DNA of 64,000 nucleotides from an uncultured Actinomycetes bacterium (GCA_963708725.1 CAVPTL010000014.1:74497-138496), one strand, 5' to 3'. Shown: positions 17,545 to 28,049, numbered from the stretch's first letter. Made by a program: numbers and translations. The notes: generated by a model from the sequence alone, not told the origin.

Positions 17545-18321
17545 TCAGGATAGCAGGAGCGCCGAGAACGCCGCCAGATCGGCCACGTCGTAGGAGACCT
17601 CGTCCGGGCCGGGCGAGAAGCCCGAGCCCTTGCCCGTACGCACCAGGCAGGTGCGCATGCCAATCGCCCGGGCGGGCGCCAGGTCGCTGACCAGATCGTC
17701 GCCCACCATCACGGCATGCGAGGCCTCGGCGCCACACGCCGCCAGGGCGACCTCGAAGATCCCCGGTGAGGGCTTTGCCACCACCACAGCCTCCACCTCG
17801 GCGGCGTACTCGAGCGCCGCGACGATCCCACCCGCATCCATCGCCGGGCCCTCGAGCGTCGGCCACCACCGGTTTCGCTGCATCGCGACCAGAGGAGTGC
17901 CGCCCATCAGCGCCTTGAAGGTGGCGTCGAGCTTCGGGTAGTCGGTGTCGGCGGCGGGCCCGGCGACCACGATCACCCCTGCGGCGTCGGGACTGGCCAC
18001 AAGCTCGATCCCGTCGAACTCCGAAGCCGAGCCCTGCTCACCGAGCAGGTACACCGTCGCCGCGGGGAACGTCCGCCGCACCCACGCGGCGGTCGCCGAT
18101 GCCGCGGTGATCACGCGCTCGGGAGCCATCTCGATCCCCATACCCTCCAGCCGCAGGGAGATGTCATCCCGAGTGCGACCGGTGGTGTTGGTCAGCACCG
18201 CAAGCTCGATCCCGCTCGCGCGCAGGTCGCTCACCGCCTCCGCCGAGCCGGGGAGCACCCGCCAGTCGACGTGCAGCACGCCCTCCATGTCGAGGATCAC
18301 TGCCGCCGGCGGCGCGCTCAT
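17545..18321 (-). CDS. HAD-IIA family hydrolase (LHPP/HDHD2-like)
   Basis: Motif I 'ILDMEGVL', 'LTNTT', 'AKPSP', 'MVGDDLVSD', 'VRTGK'. Confidence 0.88.
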   Translation of the reverse strand: MSAPPAAVILDMEGVLHVDWRVLPGSAEAVSDLRASGIELAVLTNTTGRTRDDISLRLEGMGIEMAPERVITAASATAAWVRRTFPAATVYLLGEQGSASEFDGIELVASPDAAGVIVVAGPAADTDYPKLDATFKALMGGTPLVAMQRNRWWPTLEGPAMDAGGIVAALEYAAEVEAVVVAKPSPGIFEVALAACGAEASHAVMVGDDLVSDLAPARAIGMRTCLVRTGKGSGFSPGPDEVSYDVADLAAFSALLLS

Positions 18322-20027
18322 CCCAGCGTGTCGCGCAGGATCTGACCGGCGATCGGCGCAGCGACCTCGCCGCCGACCCCGCCTCCAGCCACCAGCACCG
18401 CGACGGCCACCGTCGGATGGTCGGCCGGTGCAAACGCGATGAACCAGGCGTCGGTGGGCCGCTTGACCCCGACCTCGGCGGTACCGGTCTTGCCGGCGAC
18501 CGTGACACCCGGTACCGCGGCGCTCGCCCCGGTGCCCTCGGAGACCACAGCCTCCATCATTGTGCGCACCTGGGTTGCGATCGAGGCGGCCAGCACGCGT
18601 TTACCCGGGTGGTAATCGGCTATCTGGTCTGGCGAGTGGACGATGTAGGGGGCGCGATAGATCCCCTTCGAACCGATCGTCGCGGCCACCGATGCCATCT
18701 GCAACGGCGTCGCGCCCACGCCGCCCTGGCCGATGCCGGCTGTCCCCAACGCGAGATCGGAGTCCAGCTGACCGACGCGCGGGGTGATGCTCGTCGGCAC
18801 TGGATATCGAATCGTGCCCTTGTGGTTGAACCCGAAGTTGTCGGCCATCGCAACCAGTCGCGTCGCGCCGACCTGATCGGCAACAGGCGCAAACACCGAG
18901 TTGCAGCTGACCGCAAAGGCGAGAATGAACGACCCGCCGCACGACTCCTTGTGGAAGTTGTGGAGCTTCCAGCCGTTGAGCTCGATGAATCGAGCGTACG
19001 GATAGCTGGTGTCGAGCGTGGCCACCTTCGATTGCAGCGCCGCGGCAGCGGTGACCGTCTTGAACGACGATCCCGGCGGCTGCAGCACCTCCATGCCGAG
19101 CCCCACCGACGCCTCCACGGCTCCCGACTTGGGATCCAACACGACCGCCCCGCCATACTTCCCACCCAGCGCATCGGCGACATCGTGCTGGGTGTGGATG
19201 CGAAGCGTGGTGACGACATCCTGCGGCTTGGCGCCGGCGCGACTGGCGAGCGTGCGGGACGAGCCGTTGCCGGAAACCGCCTGCAAATCGATCTCCGGCC
19301 GGCCGCCGAGAACTCCGTCGAGCGACTCCTCCAGCCCCGCCTGCCCGAACGGCCGGTGCGCGGGCCAGCCCTTGGCAACCCGGGCCGCCACCTGGTCAGA
19401 GGTGGGGGTCTTGACGTAGCCGGTCACATCCGAGAACGCCTCCCCTTGTGGATACTCGCGGTTGGACGCGGGGCCGCTCGCCAGCACCTCGCCGTCGCGG
19501 GCCCGGATCGCGCCTCGCGCAAACGGCGCGTGGGTATGCACCCGCAGCTGCTCGCCCGCATTCAGGCCGGGGAACACCAGCTGCGGTCCCCAAAGGACGC
19601 GAAACCCGGCGGGCACCGGCACCAACCGCAGGCTGAGATTCTGGTGAACATGGGCGAACTCGCGGGTGTTGGCCACGACCGGTGTGGTCGCGATTCCACG
19701 GCGCACGCGGGTGGCGCCGACCAACGAGATCCGCTTGAGAGTCGTGGTCTCGGCGGCCTGCTGGAAGGCCTGCTTGAACGCCGCAAACGTGATCACACGA
19801 TGCGAGTGCGGCGAGAGCAGCTGGTACATCCGCGTGTAGTTGCCGTCGCGCCAGGCCTCGGCGTACGCCCGCGCCGTGTCGGCGGGCTTGGGCTTGGTCT
19901 CGGCCGAGCTGGTATCGACAGTCGTCTTCCACACCACTCCGGCCATCGCAACGATGACCGCGACCAGCGCGAATCCCAAAGCCCAGCGCAGCCACTTGCG
20001 CCCACGGTGTGGCGGTTGCATCGTCAC
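18318..20027 (-). CDS. Class B penicillin-binding transpeptidase with NTF2-like N-terminal domain
   Basis: SxxK 'GSSFK', SxN 'SCN', 'KTGTAE'; N-terminal TM anchor. Confidence 0.92.
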   Translation of the reverse strand: MTMQPPHRGRKWLRWALGFALVAVIVAMAGVVWKTTVDTSSAETKPKPADTARAYAEAWRDGNYTRMYQLLSPHSHRVITFAAFKQAFQQAAETTTLKRISLVGATRVRRGIATTPVVANTREFAHVHQNLSLRLVPVPAGFRVLWGPQLVFPGLNAGEQLRVHTHAPFARGAIRARDGEVLASGPASNREYPQGEAFSDVTGYVKTPTSDQVAARVAKGWPAHRPFGQAGLEESLDGVLGGRPEIDLQAVSGNGSSRTLASRAGAKPQDVVTTLRIHTQHDVADALGGKYGGAVVLDPKSGAVEASVGLGMEVLQPPGSSFKTVTAAAALQSKVATLDTSYPYARFIELNGWKLHNFHKESCGGSFILAFAVSCNSVFAPVADQVGATRLVAMADNFGFNHKGTIRYPVPTSITPRVGQLDSDLALGTAGIGQGGVGATPLQMASVAATIGSKGIYRAPYIVHSPDQIADYHPGKRVLAASIATQVRTMMEAVVSEGTGASAAVPGVTVAGKTGTAEVGVKRPTDAWFIAFAPADHPTVAVAVLVAGGGVGGEVAAPIAGQILRDTLG

Positions 20028-20035
20028 ATTTTGCC

Positions 20036-21712
20036 TCAGGTTGCCGGTTCCAGAGCCACTCGACCACGAACCCTGTCAATCGAACGCACAGAAACCGTCA
20101 CCTCGTCGCCTATTCGAAGCCGATATCCACTCCGCAAACCCACGAGGGCAACGGCATGCTCGTCCAGATCGAATCGGTCATCCTGCAACGATCGCACCGG
20201 CAGCAGTCCCTCGAACACTTCGGCGAACCGTATGAACGCGCCGAAGCCCGCCACCCCCGTCACGACACCCGCAAAGCTCGATTCCCAGCCGGAGTCGTAC
20301 AGGCGATCGTGGAGCAGGTGGGCGAGGCAGATGGCCGTGCCGCGACGCTCGACAACCGCCGCCTCCCGCTCGCGAGCCGAGGTGTGGACGGCGAGCTCGG
20401 ACAGCTCGCCATGCTCGTGGCCATCCCCCGGCCCAGCGCCCAGCCGGTGCAGCAGCGCCCGGTGACAGACCAGATCGGGATACCGCCGGATCGGTGAGGT
20501 GAAGTGGCAATACGCGCGGCTCGCGAGCCCCGCATGTCCCAGGTTCTTCGGGTCATAGCGGGCAAGCTTGAGCGTTCGCAAAAGCATGGACGTGAGGCCC
20601 TCCCGGGTCGCAGGCCGATGCCGGGCATGGCGGTCGATGGCGTCGGCCAGCCGCGCCAGGTAGGCGGCGGCTGCTGCGCCATCGTGGAGCTCGGGCAGTG
20701 GCGGAGTGGCCACGTCGAGCGCAGCCAGACGCTGCACCAGCGGTTCAACTGCCTCGGGGTCGGGCGGCTCGTGGACGCGATAGAGGGCCGGCTCCTTGCG
20801 TCGTTCCAGAAGCTCGGCAACCGCCTCGTTGGCCCGCACCATCAGCTCTTCGATCATGTGATGCGCCGGCGTCGCGGATCGATCCGAGACCGCGTCTGCC
20901 ACTCGACCGTCGACGAACGTGAACACCGTCTCGGAGGTCGAGAGGTTGAGCGCGCCGTGTCGCCGGCGCGCATCGCGGTAGGCCTCGGCCGCGGCACTCG
21001 CCGATCGGACGGCGGCGGTCAGCTCGGGCGTGGCGGCATCGCCGCCGGCAATCACCGCGTCGGCCTGCTCGTAGGTGAGCCGGTGATCGCTTTGGATCAA
21101 CGAGCGCCGAAATACCGGCGGGCCGCCGCTCGGATCGAGCGTGACGGTCAGCGCGCGCCGGTCGACGCCGGGTGCGAGGCTGCACACCCCCGCCGAGAGC
21201 TGCGGCGGCAGCATCGGGTCGACCCGACCCGGCAGGTACACCGAGGTCGCCCGATCCTCGGCGTCCAGATCCAGTGGCGAGCCCACCGCAACGTGGGCGG
21301 CGACGTCGGCGATGTGAACCAGGATACGCGTGGCTCCGTTCACGACCTCCACCGACAGGGCGTCGTCGAAATCTTTCGCCGACGGCGGATCGACGGTGAA
21401 CGTGAGCAGCTCGCGCAGATCGACTCGTTCGCCCTGGCCGTCGTCGGGGTCCTCGATCGCCGGCTCGATCGGCTCGGGGTCGGCCACCCCTGAATCGAGC
21501 GCGACCGCCTCCATCATCGCGTGGATGTCGCTGGGATCGCCGATTGCCTTCACCAGCCGGCCGTTGCCGCGATTCGTCGGCTCGACCAGCACCAGTTCGC
21601 CGACCTCGAGTTCGGCCATCGCCCGCCGGCCGAGGGTGAGCGGCGCGCCGGGCTCGAAGAACGGCTCGGCGACAGCCACCCGACCACGACGGGCGACGGA
21701 ACAGACGATCAA
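20036..21712 (-). CDS. rnr: RNase R / RNB-domain exoribonuclease
   Basis: 'TVDPPSAKDFDDALS', 'HIADV', 'HFTSPIRRYPDL', C-terminal S1 domain. Confidence 0.9.
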   Translation of the reverse strand: MIVCSVARRGRVAVAEPFFEPGAPLTLGRRAMAELEVGELVLVEPTNRGNGRLVKAIGDPSDIHAMMEAVALDSGVADPEPIEPAIEDPDDGQGERVDLRELLTFTVDPPSAKDFDDALSVEVVNGATRILVHIADVAAHVAVGSPLDLDAEDRATSVYLPGRVDPMLPPQLSAGVCSLAPGVDRRALTVTLDPSGGPPVFRRSLIQSDHRLTYEQADAVIAGGDAATPELTAAVRSASAAAEAYRDARRRHGALNLSTSETVFTFVDGRVADAVSDRSATPAHHMIEELMVRANEAVAELLERRKEPALYRVHEPPDPEAVEPLVQRLAALDVATPPLPELHDGAAAAAYLARLADAIDRHARHRPATREGLTSMLLRTLKLARYDPKNLGHAGLASRAYCHFTSPIRRYPDLVCHRALLHRLGAGPGDGHEHGELSELAVHTSAREREAAVVERRGTAICLAHLLHDRLYDSGWESSFAGVVTGVAGFGAFIRFAEVFEGLLPVRSLQDDRFDLDEHAVALVGLRSGYRLRIGDEVTVSVRSIDRVRGRVALEPAT

Positions 21713-21716
21713 TGGG

Positions 21717-22610
21717 TCAGACGCGCAGGAATCGGCGCAGCGTCAGCACCGAGCTGAACGCCCCCAACACAAAGCCGAACCCGACCAAGACCAGCACCAG
21801 AGTAAAGACTCCCACCGATCGCACCGGGTCGGTGAGGCCCTCCTGGATGCTGTTCAGCGAGACGTACACGATCGAAAGCAGCGCCAGCGCGGCGACCGAC
21901 CCGGTGACGCCGGTGATCATCCCCTCGAGCATGAACGGCAGCCGCACAAACGAGTTGGTCGCCCCCACCAGCTTCATCACCTCGATCTCACGCCGCCGCG
22001 CAAAGATCGACAGCCTGATCGTATTTTGGATCAGCACCACCGCGGCGATCGCAAGCAGAATCATGAGCGCGGTCAGGAAGTACAGGATGTACTTGGTGGT
22101 GTTCAGCACCCGCTTGGTGATCTGGGAGGCGTAGGTCACGCACGGCGGCGCGTCGCAGTTACGCACGGCGGTGACCTTGCCGACCTCATCGGCGACCACG
22201 CTGGCCTTGGACGGATCGGTCAGCTTCAGCCAAAACGACGGAGGGAACGGGTTGTAGCCGATCTGCTCGGCGCTCCTCCTCATGCTGGGGCTCACGGTCT
22301 TGAGCGCGGCGGCCGGCGAGACGTAGGTGACCGTCTTCACGTACGGCAGCACCTTGATCTGGTTGATCACGTTGCCCCGCTTGATCACCGTCTTTTGGTC
22401 GTTCGAGCCGTAGTCCGACCGGCTCACGAAGGCTTTGATGGTGATGTCGTTGCGAACGCCGTTGGTGTAGTCGTACACCCACTTGCCGACCGTGACGGTG
22501 ACGCCCAGCAGGAAGGTCACGATCAGCACGGTGACCACTGCCGCGAGCGTCGTGGCCGCGTTACCACGGATCGAGTTGACGGCCTCCGATACGAAAAACC
22601 GCCATTTCAT
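21717..22610 (-). CDS. ftsX: Cell division permease FtsX
   Basis: 'NTIRLSIFARRREIEVMKLVGAT..FVRLPFMLEG'; follows ftsE. Confidence 0.95.
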   Translation of the reverse strand: MKWRFFVSEAVNSIRGNAATTLAAVVTVLIVTFLLGVTVTVGKWVYDYTNGVRNDITIKAFVSRSDYGSNDQKTVIKRGNVINQIKVLPYVKTVTYVSPAAALKTVSPSMRRSAEQIGYNPFPPSFWLKLTDPSKASVVADEVGKVTAVRNCDAPPCVTYASQITKRVLNTTKYILYFLTALMILLAIAAVVLIQNTIRLSIFARRREIEVMKLVGATNSFVRLPFMLEGMITGVTGSVAALALLSIVYVSLNSIQEGLTDPVRSVGVFTLVLVLVGFGFVLGAFSSVLTLRRFLRV

Positions 22611-23386
22611 GCCTGGTATCCCCCGCGGCGGTCGTCGCGGACGACCTTGCCGTCCTCGAGCTGGATCACTCGGCGGCGCATCTTGTCGACCATCTCCCGG
22701 TCGTGGGTCGCCATCACCACGGTGGTGCCGGCACGGTTGATGCGGTAGAGCAGCTGCATGATCCCGACCGAGGTATCCGGGTCGAGGTTACCCGTGGGCT
22801 CGTCAGCGATCAGAAGCGGTGGATGGTTGACGAACGCGCGGGCCACCGACACCCGCTGCTGCTCGCCACCTGAAAGCTCGTGTGGAAGCCGATCGCTCTT
22901 ATCGGCCAGGCCGACCAGGCCGACGATGTCGGGCACCTTGCGCCGGATCTCCGCCCGCGGCCGGCCCTGCACCTGGAGCGCATAGGCGACGTTTTGGTAC
23001 ACGGTGCGGTTGGGCAGCAGCTTGAAGTCCTGGAACACGCAGCCGATGTTTCGGCGAAGCACGGGCACCTTGGAGCGCTTCAGCTTCGGCAGCGACTTGC
23101 CGCCGACGATCAGGTTGCCGGACGACACGTCGAGCTCTTTCAAAAGCAGCTTGATGAATGTCGACTTGCCCGACCCCGACGGTCCCACCAGGAACACAAA
23201 CTCGCCCTTGTCGATCTGTATCGAGACGTCGTCGAGGCCGACCACGCCGCCCTGGTAGGTCTTCACCACGCCGTCGAACACGATCATTGCCGACGAGGCA
23301 GGGCGGGCCGCAGCCTCAATGGGCGCGGCCAGGGTCGGTGTGGGCGCCGTCTCGAGGCGCTCGTGCAGGCGGATTTCTTCAGTCAC
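22607..23386 (-). CDS. ftsE: Cell division ATP-binding protein FtsE
   Basis: 'GPSGSGKST', 'VFQDFKLL', 'LSGGEQQRV', 'ADEPTGNLD'. Confidence 0.95.
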   Translation of the reverse strand: MTEEIRLHERLETAPTPTLAAPIEAAARPASSAMIVFDGVVKTYQGGVVGLDDVSIQIDKGEFVFLVGPSGSGKSTFIKLLLKELDVSSGNLIVGGKSLPKLKRSKVPVLRRNIGCVFQDFKLLPNRTVYQNVAYALQVQGRPRAEIRRKVPDIVGLVGLADKSDRLPHELSGGEQQRVSVARAFVNHPPLLIADEPTGNLDPDTSVGIMQLLYRINRAGTTVVMATHDREMVDKMRRRVIQLEDGKVVRDDRRGGYQA

Positions 23387-23506
23387 TGAGAGAGATACTT
23401 CGCGCTGGAGTACTCGAATTCCTGTCGAGTCAGGGTACCTGTGTCGGCCGACAGGCGCAAACGGGTACGGAGCGTTTTTGGGTTAACCATGCTGTTTTTC
23501 AGCATA

Positions 23507-24352
23507 ATGAGACTGACGCACGCTCGTCCCTCGCTGAGCCAAACTCAGAACATCCGACCCGGCACCCGCATCGCAACTGTGGCACTCGCGCTCCTCGTCG
23601 CACTTGGAGGCGCAGGCGTCGCCGTGCACTGGCACGGGCAGTCCGCATCAGCGGACCAGGGTGGCACGGCCGGTCATTCCACACCTGCTCCCACGTCGAA
23701 CGCGACCACAAGCTCACAGGCCACCCACCGCCGCACGCGCATCTCCCTCGACCTCCGGGCCCACTCGACGACGGATCCGTCGAGCATCTGGGTGGTGGTC
23801 AACAAGACCCACCCGATCCACCCACTCGACTTCGCCCCGAGGGTCGCCATCGTCCGCGGCTACCAGGTCGCGCGGCCGGCCGCCCAACCCCTCGAGAGCC
23901 TCCTGCACGCCGGCGACCGTGCGGGATTGGGCCTCCAGATCGGAAGCGCGTTTCGATCGTACGGCTACCAGGTCTCCGTCCACGACGCCCTGGTCGAGAG
24001 CGTCGGAAGCATTGCCGCCGACCGCACCTCAGCGCGTCCCGGATACAGCGAGCACCAGACCGGACTTGCAGTCGACCTGATCACGCCTGCCCGCACTCGG
24101 TGTGACCTCCAGCCGTGCTTTGCGGCAACCCGCGCCGGGCGGTGGCTGGCCAGGAACGCGTGGCGGTACGGATTCATCGTCCGCTACACGGCCGGGAACC
24201 GGGCGATCACCGGGTACTCACCCGAACCGTGGCACATCCGCTACGTCGGGCGACCGCTGGCCGCCGCGATGAGACATGCCGGGATCGCCACGCTCGAGCA
24301 GGTCTTCCACATCAACGGCGGAAACTACCGCCGAACCGGGGATAGCTCCTAG
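23507..24352 (+). CDS. M15B D-Ala-D-Ala carboxypeptidase (VanY/LdcB-like)
   Basis: 'VVNK', 'SAFRSY', 'SARPGYSEHQTGLAVD', 'YGFIVRY', 'EPWHIRYVG'. Confidence 0.92.
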   Translation: MRLTHARPSLSQTQNIRPGTRIATVALALLVALGGAGVAVHWHGQSASADQGGTAGHSTPAPTSNATTSSQATHRRTRISLDLRAHSTTDPSSIWVVVNKTHPIHPLDFAPRVAIVRGYQVARPAAQPLESLLHAGDRAGLGLQIGSAFRSYGYQVSVHDALVESVGSIAADRTSARPGYSEHQTGLAVDLITPARTRCDLQPCFAATRAGRWLARNAWRYGFIVRYTAGNRAITGYSPEPWHIRYVGRPLAAAMRHAGIATLEQVFHINGGNYRRTGDSS

Positions 24353-25474
24353 GCGGTTGCGCGCTGCAGCAGGAAGGCGCGGATCAGCTCGTCCAGGTCG
24401 CCGTCCAGCACGCCCTGCGCGTTTCCGATCTTGACCTCTGTGCGATGGTCGTTGACCATCGTGTAGGGGTGCAGCACGTATGAGCGGATCTGGCTGCCGA
24501 ACGAGATGTCCTGAGACTCGCCGCGCTCCTTGGCGAGCGCCTGGGCACGCAGCTCGTACTCCCGCTCGATCAGCCGCGACTTGAGGATCCGCATCGCCTG
24601 CGCCTTGTTCTGGAGCTGGGAGCGCTCGTTCTGGCACTGAACGACGATATTCGTGGGGATGTGGGTGATCCGCACCGCCGAGTCGGTCTTGTTCACGTGC
24701 TGGCCACCGGCACCCTGAGCGCGGTAGGTGTCGATGCGAAGGTCGCTCTCGTCGATGTCGACATCCACGTCGTCGTCCACCAGCGGGGCCAGCTCGACCT
24801 GAGCGAAGCTCGTGTGGCGGCGGTGAGCGGAGTCAAACGGCGACAGCCGCACCAGCCGGTGGACGCCCTTCTCGGCCTGCATCAAGCCGTAGGCGTTCTC
24901 GCCGGTGAGCGTAAAGGTCGCACTCTTGAGGCCCGCCTCCTCGCCCGGAGTCGCCTCGAGAATCTCGGTCTTGAAGCCGCGCCGCTCGGCCCAGCGCAGG
25001 TACATGCGCAGAAGCATCTCGGCCCAGTCCTGGCTGTCGGTGCCGCCGGCTCCCGCGTGCACGCCGACGACCGCCGGACCGGCGTCGAACTCGCCGTTGA
25101 AGAGCGCGGCCTCCTGCATCCGCTCGACCTCGGTCGCGAGCTGTCGCAGAGTGCCGTCGAGCTCGGTGCGCCACTCGGGATCGGCCTCGGCCATCTCGAC
25201 CAGCGAGTCGAGCTCGCCCGCCTCGGCGGTCAGCCGCTCAAACGTCTCGAGCCGGCGCTGCACCGCCGAGAGCTCGGCCGAGACCTTGGCAGCCTTACGC
25301 TGGTCATCCCAGAATCCGGAGACGAGGGTTGCCTGCTCTAGCTCGGTTTTGCGGGCCTCGAGTTGAGCCGGGTCAAAGGTAATCACGAACCCAGTGAAGC
25401 TGGGCTCTGAGCTCCTCGACCGCGGTCCGCAAGTCCTCCAGCGAACGCGGTTCGTTACCGACTTCAAGCGCCAT
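24349..25474 (-). CDS. prfB: Peptide chain release factor 2, with programmed +1 frameshift after codon 33
   Basis: SPF and GGQ motifs; ORF1 25474-25373 ends YL* at CTT-TGA-C, and the +1 frame continues DPAQLE. Confidence 0.95.
25372..25378 (-). other. prfB programmed frameshift site CTT TGA C
   Basis: Canonical slippery sequence at the canonical position. Confidence 0.93.
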
Positions 25475-28049
25475 GGCACCGCTTGTATTTCTTGCCTGAG
25501 CCGCACCAGCAGGGATCGTTTCGGCCAACCGTCTTCTCGGGATCCAGCTGACGCTGCTCCACGATCGGCGGCTCGTACGGCTCGTCATCGGCGTCGGTGT
25601 CCTCATAGCCGGCGGCCAGCGCCTCGAGCGAGGCGGCGTCGGCGTGCAGATACTCGAGACCGCGCTCGGGCTGCTGCTCGAACTGGGGAGTCTGATCGAG
25701 TTCGACCTCGGCGTGCATCAGCCCGCGCACAGCCTCCTGCATGATCAACCCGTTCATCTCCTCGAACATCAGCGTGCCCTCGGACTTGTACACGACCAGC
25801 GGATCCTTCTGGGCATAGCCCTGAAGACCGACGCCCTGGCGGAAATACTCCATGTTGTCGAGGTGCTCGCGCCAGCGCGTGTCCATCACCTGCAGGACGA
25901 TCCAGCGCTCGATGTTGCGCGGCAGCTTCTCGTCCATCTCGGCCCACACCCGCTCGCGCTCCTCGTAATAGGCCACGGCGTCGTCGAACACGACGTCGAG
26001 CAGATCCTCGCGCGAGGTCTGCTTGCGATCGAGCGCGGCGATGTCAACTCGCACCGGATAGACCGAGTGCAACGCGGTGCGCATCGAATCCCAGTCCCAC
26101 TCCTCGGCGAACTCGCCCTCCATGTGGGCATCGACGACGGCCTCGATCACGTCCTCGATCCAGCCCATCACACTCTCGCGCAGATCCTCTCCTTCGAGGA
26201 TCTGACGGCGCCGTTCATACACCTGGGAGCGCTGATCGTTGAGCACGTCGTCGTACTTGACGACGTTCTTGCGGTTGACGAAGTGGAACTCCTCGACCTT
26301 TTTCTGGGCCCGTTCGATCTGATTGGTGAGCATCTTGGCTTCGATCGGCTCGCCGTCAGTCGGCCCCAGCCGGTCGAGGATCTTGTACATCCGATCACCG
26401 GCGAACAGACGTACCACCTCATCCTGGGCGGAGAGGTAAAAGCGGGTCTCGCCCGGGTCGCCCTGGCGACCGGAGCGGCCGCGCAGCTGGTTATCGATCC
26501 GGCGCGACTCGTGGCGTTCGGTGCCGAGCACGTACAGGCCACCCCGATCGAGCACACCGTCGCCCAACTTGATGTCGACGCCGCGACCGGCCATGTTGGT
26601 CGCGATCGTGACCGCCCCCAGCTGACCGGCGTCTTCGATGATGGTGGCCTCGCGCTCGTGGTTCTTGGCGTTCAGCACCTCGTGCTCGACGCCGCGACGC
26701 TCGAGCAGCCGCGAGAGATGCTCCGACACTTCGACCGAGATCGTTCCGACCAGCACCGGCTGGCCGGTGCCGTGCCGCTCGACGATGTCGTCGATGGCGG
26801 CCGCAAACTTCTCTTCCTTGGTCTTGTAGATCTGGTCGTTTTGGTCGAGCCGCACCATCGGCCGGTGGGTCGGCACCGGCACCACCTCGAGCCCGTAGAT
26901 CTCGTGGAACTCGTTGGCCTCGGTCAGCGCCGTGCCGGTCATGCCCGAGAGCTTCTCGTACATGCGGAAATAGTTCTGGATCGTGACCGTGGCGACGGTG
27001 ATGTTCTCGTCCTGGATCGGCAGGCCCTCCTTGGCCTCAACCGCCTGGTGCAGTCCCTCCGACCAGCGCCGGCCTTCCATCTTGCGGCCGGTGAACTCGT
27101 CGACGATGTGCACCTCGCCGTCCTCGACCACGTATTCGACGTCGCGGTGGTAGAGCTCCTTGGCCTTGATCGCCTGGATCAGGTGGTTCACGAGCTGGCC
27201 GTTCTCGGCGGCGTACAGGTTGTCGATCCGCAGCACCTTTTCGATCTTGGATACGCCCTCCTCGGTGGGAGCGGCGGTGTGCATCTTCTCGTCGACCTCG
27301 TAGTCGTTTTCGAGCTCGAGCTCACCGACCGCGCGAGCGAACGCGTAGTAGGTCTCGGCCGCGGCTTCGGGCTCACCCGAGATGATCAGCGGCGTCCGCG
27401 CCTCGTCGATCAAGATCGAGTCGACCTCGTCCACGATCGCAAACCAATGCCCGTTCTGGACGGTCCACTCCACCGTCGGCGCCATGTTGTCGCGCAGATA
27501 GTCGAAGCCAAACTCGGAGTTGGTGCCGTAGGTGATGTCCGACTTGTACGCAGCCCGCCGCTCGTCCTCAGGCATCATCGCCTGGATCACGCCGACCGAG
27601 ATCCCGAGCGCCTCGTACACCGGGCTCATCCAGGACGCGTCACGGCGGGCGAGGTAGTCGTTGACCGTCACGAGGTGCACGTTGACGCCGGCCAGCGCGT
27701 TGAGATAGAGCGGCAGCGTGGCCACCAGCGTCTTTCCCTCACCGGTCTTCATCTCGGCGATGCGACCCTCGTGCAGCACCATCCCGCCGATCAGCTGGAC
27801 GTCGAAGTGGCGCATACCGAGCGTCCGCTTGGACGCCTCACGCACCGCCGCAAACGCCTCGGGCAGAAGGTTGTCGAGCTCCTCGCCGGCATCGAACCGC
27901 TCCCGGAACTCGACGGTCTTGGCCGCGAGCTGCTCGTCGCTCAGCGCCTCGAGCGCCGGCTCGAAGGCGTTGATCTCGTCGACGCGCTGCTCGAGCCGCT
28001 TGAGAGTACGGCCCTCGCCGGTTCGCAGGATCTTTTGGAAGACGCTCAT
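25464..28049 (-). CDS. secA: Preprotein translocase subunit SecA
   Basis: 'EMKTGEGKT', 'DEVDSILIDEARTPLIISG', 'QLRGRSGRQGDPG', SEC-C 'CWCGSGKKYKRCH'. Confidence 0.99.
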   Translation of the reverse strand: MSVFQKILRTGEGRTLKRLEQRVDEINAFEPALEALSDEQLAAKTVEFRERFDAGEELDNLLPEAFAAVREASKRTLGMRHFDVQLIGGMVLHEGRIAEMKTGEGKTLVATLPLYLNALAGVNVHLVTVNDYLARRDASWMSPVYEALGISVGVIQAMMPEDERRAAYKSDITYGTNSEFGFDYLRDNMAPTVEWTVQNGHWFAIVDEVDSILIDEARTPLIISGEPEAAAETYYAFARAVGELELENDYEVDEKMHTAAPTEEGVSKIEKVLRIDNLYAAENGQLVNHLIQAIKAKELYHRDVEYVVEDGEVHIVDEFTGRKMEGRRWSEGLHQAVEAKEGLPIQDENITVATVTIQNYFRMYEKLSGMTGTALTEANEFHEIYGLEVVPVPTHRPMVRLDQNDQIYKTKEEKFAAAIDDIVERHGTGQPVLVGTISVEVSEHLSRLLERRGVEHEVLNAKNHEREATIIEDAGQLGAVTIATNMAGRGVDIKLGDGVLDRGGLYVLGTERHESRRIDNQLRGRSGRQGDPGETRFYLSAQDEVVRLFAGDRMYKILDRLGPTDGEPIEAKMLTNQIERAQKKVEEFHFVNRKNVVKYDDVLNDQRSQVYERRRQILEGEDLRESVMGWIEDVIEAVVDAHMEGEFAEEWDWDSMRTALHSVYPVRVDIAALDRKQTSREDLLDVVFDDAVAYYEERERVWAEMDEKLPRNIERWIVLQVMDTRWREHLDNMEYFRQGVGLQGYAQKDPLVVYKSEGTLMFEEMNGLIMQEAVRGLMHAEVELDQTPQFEQQPERGLEYLHADAASLEALAAGYEDTDADDEPYEPPIVEQRQLDPEKTVGRNDPCWCGSGKKYKRCHGA

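Noticed and set aside
24349-25506. prfB as a pseudogene, or starting at 25506
   Set aside because: The break is the canonical CTT-TGA-C programmed frameshift; the track's N-terminus is the wrong frame
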